64,000 nt of DNA from Lobosporangium transversale. Lineage: Eukaryota. Every line of letters begins with the position of its first letter. Within the stretch, counting starts at the first letter, position 1. The position numbers and the translations under genes are program-made. The notes beneath the pieces were generated by a model. The model had not been told where the DNA came from, did not search any database, and saw nothing but the letters and a program-made list of their open reading frames with translations. This document shows, piece by piece, positions 1-10,217 of the stretch. The stretch covers positions 62,001-126,000 of the forward strand of contig NW_019028994.1 of NCBI RefSeq assembly GCF_002105155.1, read 5' to 3'.

Positions 1-113
1 CAAGATAATATTTAGTCAAAAGGAATCTAAACCAAAGAAAAAAAGAAAAAAAAAGTCAGATCTCAAGCAAAAGGTTTTCATTCTTAACTATCCACCCCAC
101 AACTGTGTGTTAC

Positions 114-540
114 CTAAGATCCTTAGTGCTGATATCCTCCATAAACTCGTTCTCGCTAAACAGGCTCAATTGCTGCACCATCGCCTCAGCCCTTTCGAAA
201 CCTTTGATAGACTCATTGACTTTTGACTAATTTAGAAGAAAAAAAATACAAAAGAAAGAGTTTGTAAATGTATGTATGCATAAAGAGATAAAGTCCTTTT
301 GTTTGTTTCAAAAGTCAACCTTGGGCTCCCAAAAGTGGAGTATCCGTGTGTTATTAATACATATACAATATATACAATTGCATTGTTTCTCCTTCTTCCA
401 AGGTTGTCTAAAAACAAAGGTTTTAGCTGTTTTACCTGATATTCCTCCGAAGTTGAAGAGAGAGTAGTTTTCTGCAGGTCTAGATAGAGGGTCTCTGCTT
501 TTTGGAAGACCTGGGCAAGAGATGCGTCATTTTCAGCCAT
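114..540 (-). CDS. TAP42: TAP42/alpha4 (IGBP1) PP2A-associated protein, 5' part; the gene continues off the left edge
   Basis: Exon 1 is 540-436 (MAENDASLAQVFQKAETLYLDLQKTTLSSTSEEYQ, donor GTAAAA). Exon 2 is 226-114 (SKVNESIKGFERAEAMVQQLSLFSENEFMEDISTKDLR, donor GTAACA). LFSxNExxEDIxTxxL is the TAP42 family motif. Confidence 0.88.
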
Positions 541-878
541 GGAAAGGGCAGTTGACTGAGGAAAAGCGGAAGAATTAAATGTTGAATGGTAAATAAAGAA
601 AAGGTTTTCTACGAATGCCAATTACACATGCTCAATTGCCTCTCATTTAATGCAAGTGAGAATTGCCATTCACACTGTGGCTTACACGTGTAAATCGTGT
701 CATACAAGGAATTATTTTTTTTTCTCGGAGAGACTTTAGGTACTCTTTAGAAAAAGCATAGTCTAGTCGAACTTTTTTTTTCTTCTTCACTCTTCAACAC
801 GCATTCGTCTAGGCTTTCGGCTTCCGGGCAAGGACATAAATATCACACGTCCTCCCCCATTGCATAATTTACAAAGCA

Positions 879-2381
879 ATGGCATTTCAAGCTCATCGAG
901 TGATCTCTGGACGTGGACTGATCAGATCCGAGTGTAGTCGAGGCAGAGTCCACACGCATTATTTCACACGAACCTATATCCATACAACTGGCAGCCGGCT
1001 GCAAAATAGGCACCCTATTGCCATTTTCCACTCTATCCCTTCAACTACTTCTAATCATCAAATATCTCTTAAGAGATCCCGCATTATCATTACTCGCACA
1101 TCATCCTCGGCACCCGTACGCTCTGCAGCTGCTCTTCCAACAGGGGCTCAAAATATTTTCACAAAACATGATCAGGACCAGGATTTTAAAGAAGGCTTCT
1201 TTACAAGCCAATCCATAGCTTCATTATCATCAATTCCATTGTCACCATCAACATCAACAGCAATAGTAGCAGCATCAATACCCTCATCTACATCTACAAG
1301 CGCTTCCACGAATCTTGCTCCCGAGGGGTTCCAAGATTATGATATTCGATGGAAGGAGATCAAAAAACCAACTTTGACAGGATTAGTTCCTATATACATG
1401 GATCTGGCCAAGGCACGTCTCGGAGCCTTGGTAACACTGACGACGATGGCAGGATATGCCATGACACCAACTGCTGCTAGCTTACCCACCCTGTTCTCCT
1501 TGACAGTCGGAACAGCACTCTGTATTACCTCCGCTAACGCCTATAATCAATTTGTGGAACCACCCTATGATGCTCAAATGTCCAGGACAAGGAACAGGAT
1601 TTTGGTCCGCAAGGCAGTCTCACCTTTACATGCATGGTCTTTTGCCACGGTTACGGGAATTGGAGGTGTCAGTCTATTGGCTACGGCTGTTAACCCATTG
1701 ACGGCTGCTTTGGGAGCTGCCAACTTATTTCTTTATGCATCTGTTTATACGCCTATGAAGCGCATGTCCATTGCTAATACGTGGGTGGGAGCCATTGTAG
1801 GGGCTATCCCTCCAATGATGGGTTGGGCTGCGTGTACGAATTCACTAGACCCAGAGGCTTGGCTTTTAGGAGGATTACTCTATGCATGGCAATTCCCACA
1901 CTTTAATTCGTTGGCCTGGAATTTGAGGGCAGATTACTCCAAGGCGGGATATCGTATGATGGCAGTGACGGATCCAAAACTGAATGCTCGTGTTAGTCTT
2001 CGGTATACATTAGCGTTGGTTCCTTTGGTGACCTTGGCACCCTATCTAGATATGACGACTTGGTGGTTTGCGATTGATGGTAACATTGTGAATGCGGTCA
2101 TATTGGCAGGTGCAACCAACTTTTGGCGCAAGAGAGATGACAAAAGTGCTCGGCAGTTGTTCTTTGGAAGTTTGATTTATCTACCAATAATTTTAGCATT
2201 GATGATGATTCATAAGAAGGGGCACCAGAGTATTGAGGCTGAACCTGTGTTACCCTCACAGCACGCTTTAGAGGACGATGATGATGAGTATGAATATGTG
2301 GATGAGGATGAGGATGATGGGGAGGAAGAAGAAGAAGCACAGCTTAGTAGTTCAAAAGTCAACACAGCCAATAGAACATAG
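879..2381 (+). CDS. COX10: Protoheme IX farnesyltransferase (heme O synthase), UbiA family, mitochondrial
   Basis: Intronless 500-aa ORF with an Arg/Ser-rich presequence. Motifs ANAYNQFVEPPYDAQMSRTRNR, YASVYTPMKR, NTWVGAIVGAIPPMMGWAA and WQFPHFNSL...DYSKAGYRM; acidic tail. Confidence 0.96.
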   Translation: MAFQAHRVISGRGLIRSECSRGRVHTHYFTRTYIHTTGSRLQNRHPIAIFHSIPSTTSNHQISLKRSRIIITRTSSSAPVRSAAALPTGAQNIFTKHDQDQDFKEGFFTSQSIASLSSIPLSPSTSTAIVAASIPSSTSTSASTNLAPEGFQDYDIRWKEIKKPTLTGLVPIYMDLAKARLGALVTLTTMAGYAMTPTAASLPTLFSLTVGTALCITSANAYNQFVEPPYDAQMSRTRNRILVRKAVSPLHAWSFATVTGIGGVSLLATAVNPLTAALGAANLFLYASVYTPMKRMSIANTWVGAIVGAIPPMMGWAACTNSLDPEAWLLGGLLYAWQFPHFNSLAWNLRADYSKAGYRMMAVTDPKLNARVSLRYTLALVPLVTLAPYLDMTTWWFAIDGNIVNAVILAGATNFWRKRDDKSARQLFFGSLIYLPIILALMMIHKKGHQSIEAEPVLPSQHALEDDDDEYEYVDEDEDDGEEEEEAQLSSSKVNTANRT

Positions 2382-2517
2382 TCCTCATCAAAGTAATGAA
2401 CTTTTTTGCATTGACACCTTGGTTATCCTTGTTTCTTTTTTGAAATTAACGTTGGACAAGCTTTTTTTTTTTTTTTTTTTTTTTTTTTCTTTTATCCTTC
2501 AGTTGTCCATACATACC

Positions 2518-2609
2518 ATGGTAGAGCATCAACTGCAACAAAGAACAGCATCGTACCTGAGACAGAATCAGAAATGGCATTCATTTTAATGTTGCTAACA
2601 TGCTACAAC

Positions 2610-2642
<33 letters not shown>

Positions 2643-3476
2643 GAATCCTTTCTGCCTACAAGCCTATTCTTGCTCTTCAGATCAAAGCCGAGCTCGAGAA
2701 CATCACCGAGCTGATTCCTGCTGATGCAGATCACACCTGGCACTTCAAGGTGCAATGTACCAAGTGTCGCGAGATTGACCCTAACGTCATTACCATGAAC
2801 GCCATTGTAAGAAAAACACATTCATGTGCTATATATTAAACATTAATTAATACAAAGAGAGGATACAGCCTGATACTTTTGTTTCGCGGCATTTTTTTTT
2901 TTTTTTTTTTTAACTTCAAATAATAGGAGAGAGCCGAAATGGGATCTGGACGCGGTGAAGCCAACTTGGTAATGAAGTGCAAGTTCTGCAAATGTGAAAT
3001 TTCAGCTGGTAAGGATCTTATAAATCTGTGAGAGGAAAAGGTCTTTGCAACAGCATTGAAGCCATTGATGTCTTTTTTTTTTTTTTTTGACTAATAATAT
3101 CTTTTTACATTAATGGATGTGTACGATAACGATAGACTTTGTATCCAAGCCTGTTCCTTATTTGATTGAGAACAACGACAAATTTGCGACAATTGCTACG
3201 ATTGAATGCCGAGGATTGGAACTTGTTGGATTTGAACCTAGATCAGGATGGACAGCCAAGGGTGCAGAGTCTGGCACTGTCTTTGAGGACATTGATCTTA
3301 CAGATGGCGACTGGGCTGATTATGATGAAAAGGTAAGCAAATACGTTTTTTTATTTTCTTACCTCCACCTTCTTTAAATGATCTAATTCTTTTTTTTTAT
3401 TATTATTATTGCTATTCAGAGTCAAATGCCTGTTGGAATCTCCAATATCGAATCCAAGTTTATCAAGACCAAGTAA
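2518..3476 (+). CDS. DUF866 / CXXC-motif zinc-binding protein (C1orf123/CZIB-like)
   Basis: Five exons: 2518-2520 (ATG only), 2663-2806, 2927-3008, 3136-3332, 3420-3476. Product M-PILALQIKAELENITEL...FKVQCTKCRE...GRGEANLVMKCKFCK...IECRGLELVGFEP...EDIDLTDGDWADYDEK...; two CxxC motifs, all GT-AG junctions in phase. Confidence 0.9.
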
Positions 3477-3815
3477 AAGAGAAGACTACAAGTGAGGGAA
3501 GCAAAACTAGGGTCGATAACAGACAACAGAATCTGTTGTTCATTAATAATAAAAGAAATCTCCCATCTCTTTCAAAGGCTATTGCAATAAGAATGACCAT
3601 AAACTTCGATTACTCGCCATGATCTACTTAGTCCCTATCAATTTACTTATCCAGGTTTGGTTCATTGTGGTAAAAATGTTTAACCACATTTCGCCACATT
3701 AAATCCTGGTCAGCGTCATGGCCATTACTGCTGATAATACTTGAAGCATACTTTTCCATTGCTCTTATGACTGATAGTCACCTACCGCCACTAGTTAACT
3801 TTCTACCCACTTACA

Positions 3816-5675
3816 ATGCATGATATTCATCAGTTTCGGCCAACGAGTATCCTTGACAATCCTTCGACTCATAAAACAGATACAGAGCCGGTACCTATGG
3901 CATCCACAGTTCCAAAAGGAGAAGAACGAACCAAACTTGCTATAGCACCTTCTCTAGGTCTCTGCGCAAAGCTTTCGCATACAATTGCGTCTTATACCGT
4001 CATTTTCCTGCTCATATCCGCTTATCGTCTCTATCAAACTCGTAGCGCTGTTGAAACTTTTGCCTTACAAGCCAAGCAGACGTTTGCAAAGGATTGCTAT
4101 GCACTGGAAGATACCATTACTACATTTATATCTATGCCTCAGTTCGCCTCCCAGGCTGCTCATCGGGGTCTTGTGACAAGCCTTGATGCTATGATAAGTC
4201 AGATAGGATATGGACTTGTCATGGTTATCAATGGTATTATAGCAACACTCGAGTTTGCTGTCGGGCTCTTAACAGGTACCTGGCGTTGTTTCTTGGACAA
4301 TATAGCAAAGATAGAGATACCATTGCTGACCGAGGTAGGACTGGGAGGCATTGAGGCCATAGATCAAGTGAACAAAGTATTGATCGGTCTCCTAGTTCTA
4401 CCACTGAACGAGCTCCAAATCGTGATACAAGGAAAAATGGCAGATCCGCAAGTTGATTTAGTTTTACAAATGTCAAAAGCAAAAACAAGAGCAATTATTT
4501 CAACCTCCCAGAAAAAAATTATCTTTTGTGATAAAGCTTTACAAGATTTGGTTGCTGTGGACACGTTCACACAGGAGCTTCAGTATTGGATCCGTATTGG
4601 GACTTATTTAATGGTGGCTGCTGCATTGATAGTGATCATAGGTAATATGGTATGGACAATATATTCCCATAGAAGATGGAAAATGCATGTTGAACGCATC
4701 CAAGATCGACTCACTGCCTACTCGCTTTCGCAACAACAAATTGCTACGTCTGGTATTTCTGTCGATTCAAAGCCCTGTGCAATACAAATAAGTCAAATGG
4801 TCCGCAATCCACTCATGTATCGGTTCACCCACTGGTCTGCCAAGCGTATCTTTCCCAGAAACAAAGACCACCAACACCTGTACAACTGGTTTATCTCCTA
4901 TATCACGCAGCCTCAAGCGGTCGTCTGTCTAGTTTTAGGGCTCATGGGCTTGATAATGATTTACAGTCAAGTTATCTTTATCAACTATATGCGGACGGCG
5001 ACTCACCATTACTATTATGGCCCTATGATGAACAGGGCAGCCACTTCATTGACAGAACTCTCAATTACCGTCTCAAGGCAAGTCAACGATGCCATATCCA
5101 GCCATTCTACCTTGTTTGCAACGGGAGTCAATGACGGGCTCCTGAATATTGAGACAGAGCTAAATACACATGTATTTGATTTGATCGCTGTGGCTGCAAG
5201 AAGGATAAGTGCAGCTTTGATAGATGTGGAAAGAGTCATTGTAGACGGAGTCCGTTCAGTCTTTGGAGAGGACAATGTATTTGAGAAAGTGACTCTGACA
5301 GTTTTACAATGTCTATTGTTCAACAGAATGATGATGATTGAGTCTGGGTTATCATGGGTACAACATAATGCAAGGCTTGAGCTTCCAAGGGTCTCCGAGA
5401 ACATTTTGATGGTGAACTCGACAGAGATCAACAGATTTGTGGCGGAAACCCTTCATGGCGCAGCTCTTTTTGATCGCCTTGCCAACGCTATCAATACTAA
5501 CAAAGAGGACAAAGGGGCGATTAAGCTAGCTCAGATTGTGATTGAGAAAGTGCTTTTAGAGTATGAACGCAAGTTGCACCAAGACCTGCCTATCTATTAT
5601 GCTTTGATGAGCGTTTGGTGTGCTATAGTGTTGATGGGTCTATTAGCCGTGATGCTGACCACTTCACAAAGTTAG
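3816..5675 (+). CDS. PRM1: Plasma membrane fusion protein Prm1 (mating cell fusion)
   Basis: Intronless 619-aa multi-TM ORF. It has Prm1-like features: CxxLExxxxxxxSMPxF after TM1, TWRCFL, a loop Cys, and a C-terminal CLLxNxxxxIESGLSWVQHNAxLxLPRV. Confidence 0.85.
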   Translation: MHDIHQFRPTSILDNPSTHKTDTEPVPMASTVPKGEERTKLAIAPSLGLCAKLSHTIASYTVIFLLISAYRLYQTRSAVETFALQAKQTFAKDCYALEDTITTFISMPQFASQAAHRGLVTSLDAMISQIGYGLVMVINGIIATLEFAVGLLTGTWRCFLDNIAKIEIPLLTEVGLGGIEAIDQVNKVLIGLLVLPLNELQIVIQGKMADPQVDLVLQMSKAKTRAIISTSQKKIIFCDKALQDLVAVDTFTQELQYWIRIGTYLMVAAALIVIIGNMVWTIYSHRRWKMHVERIQDRLTAYSLSQQQIATSGISVDSKPCAIQISQMVRNPLMYRFTHWSAKRIFPRNKDHQHLYNWFISYITQPQAVVCLVLGLMGLIMIYSQVIFINYMRTATHHYYYGPMMNRAATSLTELSITVSRQVNDAISSHSTLFATGVNDGLLNIETELNTHVFDLIAVAARRISAALIDVERVIVDGVRSVFGEDNVFEKVTLTVLQCLLFNRMMMIESGLSWVQHNARLELPRVSENILMVNSTEINRFVAETLHGAALFDRLANAINTNKEDKGAIKLAQIVIEKVLLEYERKLHQDLPIYYALMSVWCAIVLMGLLAVMLTTSQS

Positions 5676-6030
5676 AATCTTGTGTATTAAATTCACTATC
5701 TATTAGAGCATTCCTTGTGCGTCATCTTTCTTTCTTCAGTATCCCATTTCACAGATCCATTTTAGTCGCTCTTTTTTTCCAACTCCAGACAGTTTCATTA
5801 AAATGTTAAAATGCACTGGCGAAAATCACTGCTTGCTTCAAAATAATTTGGCATATTTGCCAAATTAAATATGCAAAATTAGCAACATTGAATCTACAGT
5901 TTCTCAATGTCTCCGGAAGAGGCATCATTAGTGGATCAAAGATCTTAGCTCGTCTTTCCTTTTCTTTGTGGCACAACCTTCCGCATCAATTTTATTCGTT
6001 TTACTGGTATTTCAGAGTGTCCAGGATTCA

Positions 6031-6420
6031 TCAAATGCGCGCTACAGACTCATTAGTTTCTATAGTTATGCGGATATTAATGATCGGAGGGGTACCAAAG
6101 CCCAGCCCCCTCCCACACTGGTACATCTCTGTAACAAAGGCATGTTTTTTTCGGTAGAAGTCGATTTCATTGTCTGACATCCTGGTCACAGGTGAGGATG
6201 AAGTCCTGGTGACTTCGAATGTCTTTTCAAACACGATAGCTTCACTTTGCCTACCCTCTTTAAGATCCTCACGAGCCATCGTCGTGCCAGAGGCAGTGGA
6301 ATGAGTGGATTGAGTAATTCTCGGCAAATATGGCTCCTCGGGAGACTTAGCAGTTGCAAACTCGATCCATACTTCCTGAACTTTCTTTGCAAATTCCTTC
6401 TCATCTTCATTGAGGAACTT
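6031..6420 (-). pseudogene. C-terminal fragment of a type-B carboxylesterase (no catalytic region or start present)
   Basis: FLNEDEKEFAKKVQEVWIEFATAKSPE...EAIVF...RMSDNEIDFYRK resembles the WxxFA C-terminal helix of COesterases. Upstream sequence has no GxSxG or catalytic His region and is instead a RecQ relic on the other strand. Confidence 0.6.
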
Positions 6421-6453
6421 TTGTGTATATGAGTTGTAGTTATTACTTATCTG

Positions 6454-6805
6454 TCTAAAATTTTTCACTGAGGGTAGAAGTGGCTCCATCGACCAGCTTT
6501 GTAGCTGTTTTCGCAACTTTACCAAAAAAAAACCGCTTTTATCAGCGGTCAAGGAAAAGTTACAATTCGATAATCCAGAGATCTTCAATGTAGGAAACGA
6601 TGGAATCAATGTGAAGTACGTTGTCCGATGTTTAAATCACAGTGCCAATTCGTTCCGAGATCTACATTTTTTGTAGGACGGGATTAAGACGATTGTCTAT
6701 TTCCAGAGTATCTGGGGAACAGAAAATGCAGAAAATTATCTTTGATATGTCTTCAGTAGTGTTAAAATTGCTGTCTATCACTCTGTCAAGTCGGAAGCAA
6801 AATAT
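6454..6805 (+). pseudogene. Decayed RecQ-like SF2 helicase fragment (motifs III-IVa), possibly transposon-derived
   Basis: Manual translation: LRVEVAPSTSFVAVFATLPK [frameshift in A-run 6524-6532] PLLSAVKEKLQFDNPEIFNVGNDGINVKYVVRCLNHSANSFRDLHFL*DGIKTIVYFQSIWGTENAENYL*YVFSSVKIAVYHSVKSEAK. This matches the RecQ order (S)ATLP / DRxNIxY / KTIVYF / YHS. Stops at 6674 and 6743. Confidence 0.75.
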
Positions 6806-7132
6806 GGATTTTGACAAAAAATGAAATGGCGAAGACGCCAACTAATAAGTGACTTTTGTCCCCAGACTGTCCACTAGGACGTTTTTTTTGAAAACTCTCG
6901 CCGTCGATGGTTTCTGGTATGGTGCATCCAGGGTGCATCGGGATATTTTTGTATCAGACTACATTATACCCCATTGGATGAGAGCTGATGCTGCGGGATA
7001 TTCAAAGGGTTTTAAAGATGGGTCCGAAAGAAGTGAATTGGGGAAGGAACAAAATCCTTTTTTAGTTGCTTTATTTCCTCACAAGAATTTTTTATTTTTT
7101 TTTATTTTTTATATTTTTTTCTTCCTTTTCTT

Positions 7133-8176
7133 TTATTCGCCTGCCAGCTTGGCATTGGGCGGAGTAGCAACAGATTCATGCAGAGCTAGGAACTGTGCAA
7201 GTCGTCGACAAAGGTTTTCTGCCTGTATTAATCGTGTGGTGATCTCTGTCAACATCGGACTCTCCACCTGCACAACCTTGTCCTCGATTGTTGTTGCAAT
7301 CTTACCACGGTATTTACTATTTTTTTTTTTTTTTTTTTTTTTAAAAAAAAATTGTAAGCTTTTTCCTTTCAATTATTGATAATTCAACAATAACAATAAA
7401 TATATATATATTTTCATATACATACTTGATGCCTCCTTTTGACGTCTGACCGACTTTACTGGATGCTGGTAAAACTACTGATTCTAATTCCATACGCATA
7501 TCATTGTGATAGAACATTGTGAGCAAAAACAAGCTCAAAAAAAAAAAAAAAAAAAAAAAAAGGCAATACAAGGACTTCTACTTCTCTACTTCATACCATT
7601 CGTTGGGGGAATTAGAGATGTCGTAGCGCTGGAGTTTGGTTGGTATTCGGAACCGGCATAACGAGGCTGCTGTGACGAAGATGGCGATCTGGAAGGCGAC
7701 CACGGAAGAGCCTTTGAAGCGAGCTGCTGCTGCTGATGATGATGGTTAGGTTGAGAGGATATGGTATGATGATGCGACACTGGAGAAGGTGGACGAAGTG
7801 TCGCCTGTCCTTTCTGGTTTCCACGGTCTCCTCCATCACGCCCCGCTTGCGTAGCACCCTTCTGTTGTTGTTGTTGCTGTTGATGCTGTTGCTGTGAAGT
7901 ATTTGATGGTCCGTGTAGGTGCTGATGACGAAGATGATGCCCTTCCAAAGATGGTGACGAGCCAGATGAAGACTGCGTCGGTGCCCCTGTGGGGGTTTGT
8001 TGTAAATAATTGGTACGCGTGTTGCCTCCTGAATACGATCCGCTAGTATTACCACCTGTTAACTGCAAAGCATAAGCAGCACAGACCACTTGGGAATCCC
8101 GGATGAAGAACTCAATGACAAAATCTTCGCTCAACGCAGGACTAAATATCTTTATAATAGAGATAAAATAAAAAAA

Positions 8177-8210
<34 letters not shown>

Positions 8211-9489
8211 CGATATGAAGGTATTAGGTAAAAGAATCAGAATTTCTGGGATCCCATGCTAGCAATAATAAATATGTATAAAACATCCTTGTTGGCTCAA
8301 CGTACTTTGGGATCACAAACTCGGAAAGGATACAACTTTTCTTTTCTTGGTCGTGCCATGGCATCAATTGCTGCGCGAATATGTCTCTCCACCAGTCCCA
8401 AAAGCGTTTTCAGAGTCCGTGTTGTTTCCTGAATATCTAGCGTTAATGGGGTCTTCGATGATAACGATGATGGTGATGATGATGATGAAGAAGTGGCATT
8501 AGCTTGCTCCTGACGTTCAAGGTGGTGACTATTGCTACCAAAGCCGTTGTTGTTATTGCTGGCTATGATCATAGCCCAATAGTCTTCCAGTCGATGCATT
8601 GCCTCCATGATATGGTTCTGTACATCCTTAATCTGCTCCAACAAATACGGCTGTGTGACATGACCGGGGGTTCTATGTGAGTGAAGCAGTTGATTTGTAT
8701 TTGATGGAGGTAACGGGACAACTACTGCTGGAGCTAAAAGAGACCCTGATGTCGCTGTAATCACTACCGCTGCTGTTCCGCTTGGTGGTGCACTCGACGT
8801 AGGGGTTGTAGTCCCAGTTCCAGTGCCAGATGTTGTCCCTCCTGTCGTTGCTGTTACTGTTGCTGACGAATGAGGCAAAGACCCGAGAGTCTGCTGTAGT
8901 ATTAGATTAGGTCCTTGCATAGGGACAGTAACAGATTGAGGACCAGTCATTGATCCTTCATCTCCTTCCTCATCTCCTTCCCCTTCTTCTTTTTCTTCCC
9001 CTTCTTCTCTTCTAGGTGCAGAGGCAACAGTTAATGTGGATGTAGCAGGATCAGAAGCTGTTGTTGTTGCTGTTGTTGCTTCAGAACTTGTATTTTCTGT
9101 ATTGGCTGTGGTAGCACCAATATCCATTTTAATAGATGATGCAGCTGATGAGACTGCCGTTGAAGAGGCATTGGAGAGTGCTGGGATAGATAATCCTGTT
9201 GCTCCAGATGAAGGCGCAGTCGCATTGATGGGAACATAGGAATGAATAGCTGTTTTGACGACTGCTAACTTTGGCAACTTGATTGTCAGTTCCTTGATGG
9301 ATATCGAAAAAAATACGTGTATAAAAAAAAAAAAAAGCAGAGCATGTAAGTGTCACGTTGTAATATAGAAGTCAGTTTCGAGGTATATGTTAGATATAAA
9401 TACTTTTTTAAAAAAAAAAAAAAAGCCTTACTCCTTTGACAATAAAGCTGCCCGAGAGTGTCACATATCCCTTGAGTGTATCATTGCTA

Positions 9490-9523
<34 letters not shown>

Positions 9524-10047
9524 GTTGAGCATTCTTTTAATATGGCCAAAAATAATCTAAATGTTATCACTCAAAGGGAGGACATACTTTCCAGAGGAAA
9601 TAGCAAGCGTCAATGCTCCTTTGGTATCATCCTGTAGTCGCGCTGCTTCTTGACAAGCCTATGTATGTGCATTGCATTGCACCGAATGATTTTTCCAGAT
9701 AAAGAACGTTGATCACTTTGTAAGAAAAACGAGAGCGATTCATATAGAATGATGGTTGTATCCTTTTTCTTTTTCTTTTTCTTTTTCTTTTTCATTTTCT
9801 AATGACGTTTCTTTATTTCTCTACCATACCACAAGTGCCAGTTGTATAGTTCGAAGATTTGGTTCAACTTGTGTCGTCAAGAACCATTCCTGCTCTGTTC
9901 GCTGTCCATTAGAATCATGTAGAATGAGTTGATTGCCAATAAAGAAGAGTCTACAATGACTGGAGAAGAGGGAAAAGGGGACTTTATTCTTACGAGAACT
10001 CTTTCTTCTTCCGCCAGTTCTTCTTCAAGTGTTGTCAATGGTGCCAT
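7133..10047 (-). CDS. RAV2: RAVE complex subunit 2 / Rogdi-family protein
   Basis: Multi-exon gene: MAPLTTLEEELAEEERVL (10047-9994), RTEQEWFLTTQVEPNLRTIQLAL, NDTLKGYVTLSGSFIVKG, YLLEQIKDVQNH, IFSPALSEDFVIEFFIRD, and last exon ...VQVESPMLTEITTRL...GE*. These are Rogdi/Rav2 blocks separated by low-complexity inserts. Confidence 0.82.
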
Positions 10048-10217
10048 TATGTGAAAATGGGAGGTATGTGTGTATGTAATGAACTGAATGAACTGGCACA
10101 AACATGCACACGCCATTTTTTTTTTTTTTTTTTTTTTTTTTGATCCCACGTGGTGCTCATACCCATGTAGATTTTTATTCAACTGCCCTAAAATTATGAT
10201 CTTATATCTTTTTCATA

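Noticed and set aside
6524..6549. ACCGCT-loop-AGCGGT hairpin plus T-run on the minus strand, resembling a bacterial intrinsic terminator
   Set aside because: It lies inside the RecQ relic reading frame, the A-run is its frameshift site, and there is no bacterial gene context.
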